Shown here piece by piece: positions 27,281-36,847 of a DNA stretch of 64,000 nucleotides (position 1 is the stretch's first letter; each line of letters starts with the position of its first letter). The stretch covers positions 46,393-110,392 of the forward strand of contig CBDAMQ010000024.1 in NCBI GenBank assembly GCA_965197275.1, in the 5' to 3' direction. The notes under the pieces were generated by a model. It had not been told where the DNA came from and did not search any database. It saw only the letters and a list, made by a program, of their open reading frames with translations. The stretch is from Acidobacteriota bacterium (GTDB lineage Bacteria; Acidobacteriota; UBA890; WLXD01). The translations under genes were made by a program, and so were the position numbers.

Positions 27281-28552
27281 CTAGAGCAACATGCTACGGA
27301 TGTCCGACAGCACGCCCGCCAAGTAGGTGGTGAACCGGGCGGCGGCAGCGCCGTCGATGACCCGATGGTCGTATGAAAGGGACAGCGGCAGCATGAGACG
27401 CGGCACGAATTGCCCGTCCTGCCAGACCGGCTGCATCCGGGCTCGTGAGACGCCGAGAATGGCGACCTCGGGAGCGTTGACGATCGGAGTGAAGGCCGTG
27501 CCGCCGATGCCGCCGAGACTGGAGATCGTGAAGCTGGCTCCCTGGATGTCCGTCGGTGTGAGCTTCCCGTTCCGGGCTCGCGAGCTCACTTCGGCGAGTT
27601 CCTCGGCGAGCTGAAAGACACGCTTCTGGTCGGCATCGCGGATCACCGGCACCACGAGGCCCTTGGGCGTGTCAACGGCCACTCCCACGTGCGTGTAGCG
27701 CTTGGCGACCAGGCTACCGCCGGCGGGATCGAGCGACGAATTGAGGCGCGGGAACTTGCGCAATGCAGCGGCTGCCGCGGCAATCATGAAGCTCACGAAC
27801 GTGAGCTTGAATCCCAGCTCTTCGGCTTCGGCCTTGTGCGCCTTGCGGAAGGCCTCAAGCTCGGTGATGTCGGCTTCGTCGAACTGAGTGACGTGAGGCA
27901 CATGCAGCCAGGACCGGTGCAGGTTGTCGCCCATGAGGCGCTGGATCCGCGTCAGCGGCTGCAGCTCGACCTCGCCGAACTGTGTGAAGTCGATCGCCGG
28001 CATAACCGGCAGCAAGGAGTCGGTAGTCGGGCGCCGAGCGCCGTGTTCGACGTCCGCCGACGTCAGCCGACCATCGCGCCCGCTGCCGGCCAGCGCCGAG
28101 ATGTCCACGCCGAGCTCGCGCGCCAGCTTGCGAGTCGATGGGCTTGCCCAGGGGATGGACTCCGGATCGATGGACTCGGCGATGATCGGGGTGGCGTGCT
28201 CGCGCGGCGGAGGTACGGGCGACACCATCTCCGGCTCGGGCGCTCTGGGCTCCTGGCGGAACGTCTTGAATGGATCTCCACCGGCCGGTCTTGCGTCCCC
28301 CGGGTCGGCTGTCAATGCCGTCAGCGTCAAGATAACGGTGCCTTCGGTGACGGTGTCGCCTACGCCCACTCGCAGTTCGGCGACCACCCCCGCCACCGGC
28401 GACGGCACTTCCATGGAGGCCTTGTCGCTCTCGAGGGTGATCAGCGACTGATCTACGGAAACGGTGTCACCGGTCGCGACCAACAGCTCTACGACCTCGA
28501 CGTCGTCGAAGTCGCCGATGTCCGGGACCTTGACCTCACGCATCTGAGCCAA
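27281..28552 (-). CDS. aceF: Dihydrolipoyllysine-residue acetyltransferase (E2), single lipoyl domain
   Basis: Lipoyl motif (LITLESDKASMEVPSP), E3-binding motif (ASPSTRKLARELGVDISALAGSGRDGRLTSADV), and the catalytic SLSYDHRVIDGA motif. Confidence 0.9.
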   Translation of the reverse strand: MAQMREVKVPDIGDFDDVEVVELLVATGDTVSVDQSLITLESDKASMEVPSPVAGVVAELRVGVGDTVTEGTVILTLTALTADPGDARPAGGDPFKTFRQEPRAPEPEMVSPVPPPREHATPIIAESIDPESIPWASPSTRKLARELGVDISALAGSGRDGRLTSADVEHGARRPTTDSLLPVMPAIDFTQFGEVELQPLTRIQRLMGDNLHRSWLHVPHVTQFDEADITELEAFRKAHKAEAEELGFKLTFVSFMIAAAAAALRKFPRLNSSLDPAGGSLVAKRYTHVGVAVDTPKGLVVPVIRDADQKRVFQLAEELAEVSSRARNGKLTPTDIQGASFTISSLGGIGGTAFTPIVNAPEVAILGVSRARMQPVWQDGQFVPRLMLPLSLSYDHRVIDGAAAARFTTYLAGVLSDIRSMLL

Positions 28553-28578
28553 CTTCGTCTCCGTTATCGCTGTCGGTG

Positions 28579-31245
28579 CTACAGCGCTGCCGGGTCGGCA
28601 GCGTCCGGGTCGATGTCGTACTTCTTGATCGCCGCGACCACATCTGCCGGCTCGTAATCGCCGTCATCGGCGAGTGCTTTCAGCGCCGCGATGACGATGT
28701 GCCGACGATCAACCTCGAAAAACGAGCGTAGCTTCGCGCGCGTGTCGCTGCGACCGAAGCCGTTGGTGCCCAGCGTGACGAAGCGGCGCTCCACGAACGG
28801 TCTGATCTGGCCCGCGAAGCTCTCCAGATAGTCGGTCGCGGCGACGACTGGCCCGGCCCGGTCGAGTAGCTGCTGCTGGACGAAACAAGTGCGGACCGGC
28901 GCCGCTGGGTGAAGGCGGTTCCAGCGTGCCACCCGCATACCGTCGCGACCAAGCTCGGTGAAGCTGGTGACACTCCAGACGTCCGCCTCGATCTCGAAAT
29001 CGTCGCGCAACATCTTGGCGGCCGCCTCGACCTCGCGCAGGATGGCGCCGCTGCCCATCAGCTGCACTCGCGGTGTACCTTCGGCCGCTCGTAGTAAGTA
29101 CATGCCGCGTACGATCCCCTCGGCGCCGTCCTGTGGCATTCCGGGATGCGGGTAGTTCTCGTTCATCAGGGTGACGTAGTAGAACGCCGCCTCGTTGTTG
29201 ACGTACATCGCCGACAAGCCATGCTGGATGATGACCGCGACTTCGTGGGCGTAGGTCGGGTCGTAGGCCCGGCAGGTGGGTATGGCCGAGGCCAGCACGT
29301 GGCTGTGGCCGTCGAGGTGTTGCAGCCCCTCGCCAGCAAGCGTGGTTCGTCCCGAGGTGGCACCGAGCAGGAAACCACGAGCCTGCATATCGGCTGCCGC
29401 CCAGGCCAGGTCACCAATGCGTTGCAGCCCGAACATGGAGTAGTAGATGTAGAACGGAAGCATCGAGATCCCATGGTTCACGTATGCCGTTGCAGCCGCT
29501 ATCCATGACGAGAACGCCCCGGCTTCGGTGATTCCTTCCTGCAGGATCTGGCCCGCCTGGTCCTCGCGGTAGTAGGCGAGCTGGTCACGGTCAGTGGGGG
29601 TGTACAGCTGCCCGTAGGGGGCGTAGATACCGACTTGCCTGAACAAGCCCTCCATACCGAAAGTACGGGCTTCGTCGGGCACGATGGGCACCACCCGCTC
29701 CCCGATAGCCTCGTTACGCAGGAGCGTCGACAGCATGCGCACGAAGACCATCGTGGTGGAGAACTCGCGATCGCCCGAAGGTCGCAGCTGTGCCCTGAAG
29801 GCCTCGAGCGCAGGAACTGCCAGCGGTTCGGTGATCGCGCGTCGAGTGGGAAACGGGCCGCCGAGCTCCGTACGGCGATCTCGAAGGTACTTGGCAGCGT
29901 CGTCCGGTAGGCTGACGTAGGGAAGATCGTCGACCTCGTCATCCGGGATCGGCAAGTGCAGCCAATCGCGGTAAGCACGGATGCCGTCGTCAGAGAGCTT
30001 CTTCTGCTGGTGCGTCGGGTTACGTGCTGCGGCCGTCCCCAGCCCGTAGCCCTTGATCGTCTTCGCCAGAACGATCGTCGGCTGGCCGCGGTGTGCCGCG
30101 GCGGCGGCGAAGGCCGCGTATACCTTACGCTCGTCGTGTCCGCCGCGGCGCGACGGCATAGCTGCTACCTCGGCGTCGCTCATGTGCTCTACCAGGCTGG
30201 CGAGCTCCGGATAACGACCGAAGAACTTCTCCCGCAGCAGCTTGCCAGTGCCGTCCGCGGCGTACGCTTGGTAGTCACCGTCGACGGCTTCCTCCATGCG
30301 ACGAACGAGGATGTCCGCGTGAGGGCCAGTGAGCCACTCGTCCCACGCCGTTCCCCACAACACCTTGAGGACATTCCACCCGGCCCCGCGGAAAACGCCC
30401 TCGAGCTCGCGCACGATGCTGCCGTTACCGCGCACCGGGCCGTCCAGTCGCTGCAGATTGCAGTTGACCACGAAGATCAGATTGTCCAGTCCCTCGCGCG
30501 CCGCGACAGTGATCGCGCCTATTGATTCGGGCTCGTCCATCTCGCCGTCTCCGAGGAAGGCCCAGACTTTCCGATCGCCGGCAGGTACGAGGCCGCGGTT
30601 TTCCAGGTAGCGGAGGAACCGCGCCTGGTAGATCGCCATGATCGGGCCGAGGCCCATGGAGACGGTGGCGAATTGCCAGAAATCGCGCATCAACCAGGGG
30701 TGTGGATACGACGAGAGCCCGCCGCCATCGACCTCGCGGCGGAACTTGTCCAGCTCGGCCTCGGTAAGGCGGCCTTCCAGGTAGGCACGCGCGTAAATAC
30801 CGGGCGAGGAGTGACCCTGGAAGTACACCAGATCGCCTCCGTGCTCGTCGGTAGGAGCGCGGAAGAAGTGATTGAAGCCGACGTCGTAGAGCGCTTCGGC
30901 GGAGGCGTAGGTCGAGAGGTGGCCGCCGAGCTCCGACGCTTCGCGGTTCGCCCGCACCACCATCGCCATCGCGTTCCATCGCACGCAGGCCGAGATGCGC
31001 GCCTCTAGCTCTAGATCGCCCGGATACGACGGCTGGCGGTCTACTCCGATCGTGTTGGTGTAGCGCGACGGCAGCGTCGATACCTCGACGCCGTCGAGAC
31101 GGGCACGATCCGCCAGGCGGGCTAGGAGAAACCGGGCGCGATCGGGTCCGTCATGATGAAGAACGGCTTCGAGGCTCTCGATCCATTCGCGCGTCTCACG
31201 CGCGTCGACTTCGGACAGAGGTCTGGGGCGGGTGGGCATCGCCAC
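28579..31245 (-). CDS. aceE: Pyruvate dehydrogenase E1 component, homodimeric type
   Basis: 888 aa. Has the E1p N-terminus (ETREWIESLEAVL), GGHLSTYASAEALYDVGFNHFFR, and the GDGEMDEPES ThDP motif. Confidence 0.95.
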   Translation of the reverse strand: MAMPTRPRPLSEVDARETREWIESLEAVLHHDGPDRARFLLARLADRARLDGVEVSTLPSRYTNTIGVDRQPSYPGDLELEARISACVRWNAMAMVVRANREASELGGHLSTYASAEALYDVGFNHFFRAPTDEHGGDLVYFQGHSSPGIYARAYLEGRLTEAELDKFRREVDGGGLSSYPHPWLMRDFWQFATVSMGLGPIMAIYQARFLRYLENRGLVPAGDRKVWAFLGDGEMDEPESIGAITVAAREGLDNLIFVVNCNLQRLDGPVRGNGSIVRELEGVFRGAGWNVLKVLWGTAWDEWLTGPHADILVRRMEEAVDGDYQAYAADGTGKLLREKFFGRYPELASLVEHMSDAEVAAMPSRRGGHDERKVYAAFAAAAAHRGQPTIVLAKTIKGYGLGTAAARNPTHQQKKLSDDGIRAYRDWLHLPIPDDEVDDLPYVSLPDDAAKYLRDRRTELGGPFPTRRAITEPLAVPALEAFRAQLRPSGDREFSTTMVFVRMLSTLLRNEAIGERVVPIVPDEARTFGMEGLFRQVGIYAPYGQLYTPTDRDQLAYYREDQAGQILQEGITEAGAFSSWIAAATAYVNHGISMLPFYIYYSMFGLQRIGDLAWAAADMQARGFLLGATSGRTTLAGEGLQHLDGHSHVLASAIPTCRAYDPTYAHEVAVIIQHGLSAMYVNNEAAFYYVTLMNENYPHPGMPQDGAEGIVRGMYLLRAAEGTPRVQLMGSGAILREVEAAAKMLRDDFEIEADVWSVTSFTELGRDGMRVARWNRLHPAAPVRTCFVQQQLLDRAGPVVAATDYLESFAGQIRPFVERRFVTLGTNGFGRSDTRAKLRSFFEVDRRHIVIAALKALADDGDYEPADVVAAIKKYDIDPDAADPAAL

Positions 31246-31327
31246 CGATTCTACGACGGCATTGCGCCGACCGCCGGCCGGCTGGCGACCGGTCGCCCTG
31301 GTCGCCCGGCAGGTACGCGGTTGGGGC

Positions 31328-31915
31328 CTACTGCAGGATGCTGCCCGCGTGCAACACCAGGCCGAAGCTCAAACGATAATCGGTGCGCTTGATCTCGTTG
31401 AAGCGTGTCCGGACGATGCTCGGCTGCAAGAGCCGCACCCAGAGATTGTCCGACAGCCTCATGTCCAGATGAGCCTCGACGGCCCAGGTAAACTCGACGT
31501 TGTCGCTGATCTCGAGGCCTGCGTCGCCGGTGTCGAATCGTCGCCAGCCGGCTCCGGCCAGCACGCGTACCCCGACCTCCGACGTATGAGCACGCCAGAG
31601 GACAGCGTGGGGTCCGCCGAGCAGGGTGTACTGGCGGAAGTTGAACTCCGGTACCCCGAAGATGTTCGCGCCTGCATCGACCGGTCCGTTGTGGTAGCTG
31701 CCGCTCACAACGAAGCCGAAGCGGCGGTCCATGAAATACGTGTAGTCGGCTGCGAAGCCGTGCAGCGTGGCGCGATCTTGGTTCTCGCCTTGATTCAGGC
31801 GCAGGAGGGAATAGCCACCGAACAGCGCGGCCTCCTGGTCCTGCTGAGCCCAGGCGGGGTTGGCCAGCAGCGTCCCGGCAGCGGCCAGAACAGTCAGCAT
31901 CAAGAGCTTCTTCAC
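31328..31915 (-). CDS. Small outer-membrane beta-barrel protein (OmpA-like/OMP_b-brl family)
   Basis: Signal peptide (MKKLLMLTVLAAAGTLLANPAWAQ) followed by an alternating amphipathic strand pattern. 195 aa. Confidence 0.65.
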   Translation of the reverse strand: MKKLLMLTVLAAAGTLLANPAWAQQDQEAALFGGYSLLRLNQGENQDRATLHGFAADYTYFMDRRFGFVVSGSYHNGPVDAGANIFGVPEFNFRQYTLLGGPHAVLWRAHTSEVGVRVLAGAGWRRFDTGDAGLEISDNVEFTWAVEAHLDMRLSDNLWVRLLQPSIVRTRFNEIKRTDYRLSFGLVLHAGSILQ

Positions 31916-32168
31916 GTCAGCCTGCAGCGACTGCGAGTTGACGGGCTCGCTCCTGGGCGAGCCGGCCGTCCCTACAGCGGATCGAAATGCTCAATGTTCG
32001 AGATCAGGACGCCGCGACGGGTCGCTCCCGCAAGTGGGCGGCTGTCAATGAGAATGGTAATCTCCCGATCCGGCGTGCCCGAACCCCTTTTTTCGTTCTG
32101 AGCAAGGACTTCTGATCGCGAGGGAGCGGGTCGAAACCAAGCGACGACGAAAGGCAAAGGGTACGGAA

Positions 32169-32732
32169 GTGGGACTTGATGGTGTCTCGCCCGATCGGCT
32201 GGCCGAATTCATGGTCGGCTACCAGAACGGCGAGCTCGATGCGTTCGAGGAGCTGTTCGCTGCCCTGTCGGTGCCCTTACGCAACTACCTCACATCGCTA
32301 ACTCGTGACCATTCGCGCGGCGAGGATCTGATGCAGGAGACGTTTCTGCAGATGCATCGCTCGCGCCACACCTACATGCCCGGACGCCCCGTCAAGCCGT
32401 GGGCGTTCGGGATCGCGCGACACGTGTATCTGATGTACCGACGCTCCTCGGCCCGCCTCGCCAAGCACGAGGGGCCAGGCCCCGAGACACCACCGGAGAT
32501 TCCGGTGGCTCCGATCGCCGATCTGTTTCCGGATCGCGAAGACCTCGGTCAGGCGCTGTTGGAAGTGCCCGAGGACCGGCGGGAATCACTGTTGCTACAC
32601 CACGTCTGGGGTTTCACGTTCCGCGAGATCGGCAACATGCTCGGTATCAGCGAGCGGGCTGCCAAGCTGCGAGCGTTCCGGGGCATGCAGGACCTGCGGC
32701 AGATCTTCGGCGCCGAACGGGTGCCGGCATGA
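32169..32732 (+). CDS. ECF-type RNA polymerase sigma-70 family factor
   Basis: Region 2 (DLMQETFLQMHRSRHTY...KPWAFGIARHV) and region 4 (FREIGNMLGISERAAKLRAFRGMQDLR). Confidence 0.85.
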   Translation: MGLDGVSPDRLAEFMVGYQNGELDAFEELFAALSVPLRNYLTSLTRDHSRGEDLMQETFLQMHRSRHTYMPGRPVKPWAFGIARHVYLMYRRSSARLAKHEGPGPETPPEIPVAPIADLFPDREDLGQALLEVPEDRRESLLLHHVWGFTFREIGNMLGISERAAKLRAFRGMQDLRQIFGAERVPA

Positions 32733-33400
32733 CCGCATCGCGGCCCGACGTGCCGGATCGCCTGCGGCGTGAGATCGGCGACCAGATCGAGCCGGTAACA
32801 CCGCTGCGTCCCCCGTGGCAGCGGCTGCTGACCGTGTTACCGGTGATCGTCGTGGCGATGGTGATGCCCCTGGCGTACAACCAGCTGCGCAATACGGGCG
32901 AGCTCGGGATGATGCTGGCGTGGGTGCCGGTTGCCATCCAGGTGCTCGTCGCATTCGCGCTATTGATCTTTGCGCTGCGTGAGGGCATTCCCGGCTGGCG
33001 GATCTCATCCACCAAGATCTTCGCGTTTGTGCTCGCGGCCTATGCGCTGCAGATCGTCATCAACTTCTTGATCTTCATTCGCGCCCCTATGTCGAGCGGC
33101 GGGACGGTGACGATGTGGATGGGCTGCTTCCGGGCCGAATCGCTCATCGGTCTTCCAGCGCTGGTGCTGATCGCCTGGCTGGTGGCCCGGACGTTGCCGC
33201 AGCGTCCGCTGGTAGCCGGCTTCCTGACCGGTACCGGCGCAGGGTTCACTGCCGAGGCGTCGTGGCGCCTGTTCTGTCCGTACTCGGATGCCGCACACGT
33301 ACTGATGGGGCATACCGGCGGGATACTGGTACTGGGCCTGACGGGATTCCTACTCGGATATCTCTGGACCCTGTACGGACAGGAACCGGTCGCCAACTAG
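32729..33400 (+). CDS. Polytopic anti-sigma factor (NrsF/DUF1109-like)
   Basis: The ATG at 32729 overlaps the sigma gene stop (ATGA). The product (MTASRPDVPDRLRREI...) has about six hydrophobic segments. The track ORF 32399..33400 carries a spurious N-terminal extension. Confidence 0.6.
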   Translation: MTASRPDVPDRLRREIGDQIEPVTPLRPPWQRLLTVLPVIVVAMVMPLAYNQLRNTGELGMMLAWVPVAIQVLVAFALLIFALREGIPGWRISSTKIFAFVLAAYALQIVINFLIFIRAPMSSGGTVTMWMGCFRAESLIGLPALVLIAWLVARTLPQRPLVAGFLTGTGAGFTAEASWRLFCPYSDAAHVLMGHTGGILVLGLTGFLLGYLWTLYGQEPVAN

Positions 33401-33566
33401 CCGGTACTACCACGCCGCGGCTCCGGATATCGGTTGATCGAACGCAACCGCAGTGTGCGGCTAGCCGCGAGCCGTCGCGATCGCCGAGAAGGACTGTAAC
33501 CAGCGCGTCGTAGGCGGCAAAAAGCTATATGAATGCGGTTCTCGGGCACCTACCGGTAGTCCGCAG

Positions 33567-34289
33567 GTGCGGCTGATGGTGGAGGGAAGGATGGAAGCGG
33601 CTCTAGCGGTGTCTCAGGCGAAGTACTGGCATCTCAAGCAGATGGGGATGTTCAAGAGCCTGGCTGACTGGGAAATCAAACAACTGGTCAACATCGCTGA
33701 TCTACGCCTGTTCAAGCGCGGCGAAGACGTCTTCCGCGCCGGTGACCTATGCGACCATTTCTATGTGCTGCGCACCGGTACGGTGAAGCTGTACCGTGAG
33801 ATCGGCGGCGGCAAGCAGATCATCCTGGGGTTCGAGGGTCCCGGCGCAATGTTCGGCGAGACGGCGCTCATCGGTGCCCGCCGACGCCGGGACAACGCCC
33901 AGATCGCCGAGGACGCCTTCATGTGCGTGATCGAGCGAGACCGATTCGCGGGCTATCTGGAACAGCATCCCGACCTTGCCAGCTGGGTTGCGGCGGTCAT
34001 CGCCGGGCGCAAGGAGGCGATCGAGGATCGCCTGATCGCGCTCCTGTCCGAGGACGTGCGGACGCGGCTAGCGCACGCGCTCGTGCGGCTTGCCGACGAC
34101 TGCGGGGATGAGGATGATCGCGGTCTCAGAATCGCGTTGCGGCTGACGCAGACCGACCTGGGCCAGCTGGTCGGCTCGACGCGAGAGACCACCAGCATGG
34201 CGTTCAACGGCTTCCGCCGCGACGGTCTGGTGGAATCGAAAGACCGAATTATCTGGGTGCTCGACAAGGCAGCGCTCGAGGCCTACTGA
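33567..34289 (+). CDS. Crp/Fnr family transcriptional regulator
   Basis: cNMP-binding-like beta-roll (FKRGEDVFRAGDLCDHFYVLRTGTVKLY...GFEGPGAMFGE) and a C-terminal HTH (LTQTDLGQLVGSTRETTSMAFNGFRRDGLV). Exact start uncertain. Confidence 0.85.
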   Translation: MRLMVEGRMEAALAVSQAKYWHLKQMGMFKSLADWEIKQLVNIADLRLFKRGEDVFRAGDLCDHFYVLRTGTVKLYREIGGGKQIILGFEGPGAMFGETALIGARRRRDNAQIAEDAFMCVIERDRFAGYLEQHPDLASWVAAVIAGRKEAIEDRLIALLSEDVRTRLAHALVRLADDCGDEDDRGLRIALRLTQTDLGQLVGSTRETTSMAFNGFRRDGLVESKDRIIWVLDKAALEAY

Positions 34290-34474
34290 GGCTTTTGGCG
34301 GTCGTGTGCCCCGCGTGCGGCGCGCTGATCGGCCACACTCCGGTATCACACCGCGTGACTAGGGTGGCCCAGCAGATGATCGCTCCGGACCCATCACGCG
34401 CTCACCCGGCCTGCTAACATCGCTTCCCTCACCGCGCCCCGACCTCGTCGGCGCCCCCGCGACCGGAGCCGGCC

Positions 34475-35260
34475 GTGCTCGATCAGCTCATCGATATCGC
34501 TCACGGTGCGGGCGCTGTGTTACTCCGCTACTACGGCAAGCTGAACGTTGCCGATGCCGATCGCAAGGGGGGCCGGCGTCGGGATCTCGTGAGCGCCGCG
34601 GACCTCGAGGCGGAGCGTTGGATCCTGGATCGGATACCCGAAGGCGATGCGGTGCTGGCCGAGGAATCGGGTCGGCGTGACAGCGACTCTGAGCGCCTAT
34701 GGGTGGTCGACCCACTCGATGGCACGGTCAATTTCCTCCACGGTTTGCCGGTGTGGGGCGTTTCGATCGCGGTGGTCGAGCACGGCGAGCTGGTGGCCGG
34801 CGTCGTCCACGCGCCGATGCTGCGGATGACCTTCGCTGCTACCCGCGGCGGAGGCACGACGCTCGACGGCGATGCGGCATCTGTGTCGGTTACACGTCAT
34901 CTGAGCGATGCGATTCTGGCCACCGGGTTCCCTTACGCGCGCGACACCCTGGTGGACAACAACCTCGACAACGTGCCGCGCGTCGGTGCCGTTGCCGGAG
35001 GGCTGCGCCGGTTCGGTTCAGCTGCCCTCGACCTCGCTCTGGTGGCGTGCGGTCGCCTCGACGGCTACTGGGAGCTGCACCTCGAACCCTGGGATGTTGC
35101 CGCCGGGATCCTGCTTGTGCACGAGGCTGGCGGTCGAGTGACCGACTGCGCTGGCCGCTCCGAGCTGCAACAGCTGCTCCACGGTCGTAGCATCGTGGCA
35201 ACGAACGGGCACGTGCATGCGTCCCTGCGATCGTTGCTTGCGCCACTGCAGGAGATATAG
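34475..35260 (+). CDS. Inositol monophosphatase family protein (SuhB-like)
   Basis: VLAEESG and WVVDPLDGTVNFLHGLPVWGVSIA motifs, plus the C-terminal WDVAAG motif. Confidence 0.85.
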   Translation: MLDQLIDIAHGAGAVLLRYYGKLNVADADRKGGRRRDLVSAADLEAERWILDRIPEGDAVLAEESGRRDSDSERLWVVDPLDGTVNFLHGLPVWGVSIAVVEHGELVAGVVHAPMLRMTFAATRGGGTTLDGDAASVSVTRHLSDAILATGFPYARDTLVDNNLDNVPRVGAVAGGLRRFGSAALDLALVACGRLDGYWELHLEPWDVAAGILLVHEAGGRVTDCAGRSELQQLLHGRSIVATNGHVHASLRSLLAPLQEI

Positions 35261-35266
35261 AGGCCA

Positions 35267-35542
35267 CTAGTGGCCTGTAACAGATGAACGTTGCCTATCG
35301 TGGTGGCGAAATGGGCCCGGATGCCAGGCGGTCCGACGAGACAATGTTTGCCCATTATCGAGGAGGAGCAACGCCGCAGGCGGGCCCAGTTCGCCGCCAT
35401 CCTGTGGACAGAAGGGCAGTTGCGGGCGATCTCGGCGTTGCGGCTCCTCGACGATGTCCTAGCATCGACAGCGTCGCCGCGCCTTGATCTCACCCGCAAT
35501 CCCATCTGCGATAGGCAACGATCATCTGTTACAGGCCACTTA
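35267..35542 (+). mobile_element. MITE-like element, copy 1 (268-bp core 35271..35538)
   Basis: The left end TGGCCTGTAACAGATGAACGTTGCCTATCG (35271..35300) and right end CGATAGGCAACGATCATCTGTTACAGGCCA (35509..35538) are inverted repeats, matching at 29 of 30 positions. CTAG lies on the left flank and CTTA on the right. The interior is the reverse complement of copy 2 at roughly 80-90% identity by eye. The element occupies the gap between the convergent IMPase and MFS genes. Confidence 0.75.
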
Positions 35543-35554
35543 TCGCCGATCGCG

Positions 35555-36745
35555 TCAGCGCGGCGCCACCGGCCCGCCGACCTCAGCGACCTCGACGTGC
35601 GGCGAGCGGTTGACTGCCAGAGCGGCGATCAGCGCCATGACGCCGGCGAGCAGGAATGGCCAAGGCGCCCCCTGGTCGTATAGCCAACCGGCCGTGATGG
35701 GGGCGATCGTGCGCGCCGCCGATGCCGTAGATTGCCCGATCCCGAGCATGCCGCCTTGCTCGTCGCGGACGCTGTAGCGCGACAGCAGTGTCGACAGCGT
35801 CGGCGACGCCAACCCCTGACCGAAGGCCAGCAAACCGAGCAGCAGCATGGTGGTTGCCAGGCCGGGGGCCAGCGGTAGCAGCGCCAGCGAGGTGCCCAAC
35901 AGAAGGGCGCCGTAGCCGGCGAGGCGCCGTTCGCCGTGTTTCGGCACCAATCGGCCTACCAGTCCGCCCTGGACGATGATCATTATGACGCCGACGAACA
36001 CCAGGATGAGACCGAACCCGCGCTCCGCGATCGCGTAGCGGTCGCGGGCCACGAAGGCCAAGGTAGTCTCCATTGACACGAACGCGAAGATGATCAGGAA
36101 CATTGCCGTGAGGACGAAGAACGCGCCTCGGCGGCCGCCGGCGCGAGCCTCGCTATCGACCGCAGCCGGGCCGGCCGGCTGCGTCTCACGCACCCTGATC
36201 ATTGCCAGAACGGCATTGCCGAAAGCCAGCGCCGCGGCCACCAGCGTGACCACCAAGAAGCCGAATTGACTGAGTCCCACGCCTAGCCCAGGACCGACGA
36301 TGAACCCGGTTCCGATGGCGGCTCCTAGAAGCCCCATGTACTTCGCGCGCTCCGCTGGGCGAGTCACATCCGCGATGTAAGCCTGCGCCGTAGCCACCGT
36401 GCCGCCGAACAAACCAGCGACGGCCCGCGCCCCGGCCAGCGTCAGCAGCGAGGGGGCGAGTCCGGTGAGCACAAAGGAGACACCCGAACCGGCTAGGCAA
36501 GCGACCAGCACGGGCTTGCGTCCCCACGCATCCGAGGCTCGCCCGGCCAACGCCGCCCCGACGAGCTTGGCGCCCGAGTAGGAGGTCAGTAGCACGCCGA
36601 GCCACAGCCCGCCGGCGCCCATGCGCATGGCCCAGAATGGCAACGCGGGAAGAATGACGGCGAACGCCACCATATCGACGAAGACGGTCATATAGACGGT
36701 CAGCAGGTCGTTTGTGGTGGCCGCAGAGCCGGTATCGTTCTTCAT
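35555..36745 (-). CDS. MFS transporter
   Basis: 396 aa with about 12 hydrophobic segments and a GRASDAWGRKPVLV loop motif (MFS signature between TM2 and TM3). Confidence 0.85.
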   Translation of the reverse strand: MKNDTGSAATTNDLLTVYMTVFVDMVAFAVILPALPFWAMRMGAGGLWLGVLLTSYSGAKLVGAALAGRASDAWGRKPVLVACLAGSGVSFVLTGLAPSLLTLAGARAVAGLFGGTVATAQAYIADVTRPAERAKYMGLLGAAIGTGFIVGPGLGVGLSQFGFLVVTLVAAALAFGNAVLAMIRVRETQPAGPAAVDSEARAGGRRGAFFVLTAMFLIIFAFVSMETTLAFVARDRYAIAERGFGLILVFVGVIMIIVQGGLVGRLVPKHGERRLAGYGALLLGTSLALLPLAPGLATTMLLLGLLAFGQGLASPTLSTLLSRYSVRDEQGGMLGIGQSTASAARTIAPITAGWLYDQGAPWPFLLAGVMALIAALAVNRSPHVEVAEVGGPVAPR

Positions 36746-36847
36746 GGCGGCGAGTCTAGCGAAGCAGGGCGAACTCGGTGCGCCGGTGGAGACGGATTTC
36801 GCCGAGCAAACCGCGGTGGGGGCGGTTCCGTAGCCGGCCTGTGAGCC

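Noticed and set aside
35284-35683. Conserved-looking ORFs running through both MITE copies (MNVAYRGGEMGPDARR... and MPIVVAKWARMPG...; 35284..35487, 35291..35683, 57645..58070, 57817..58077)
   Set aside because: They are conserved only because the DNA repeat is conserved. Comparing the two copies by hand, differences fall about 3:1 non-synonymous to synonymous in both candidate frames. The ORFs start inside the terminal repeat and run out into flanking sequence. I see no evidence for coding.
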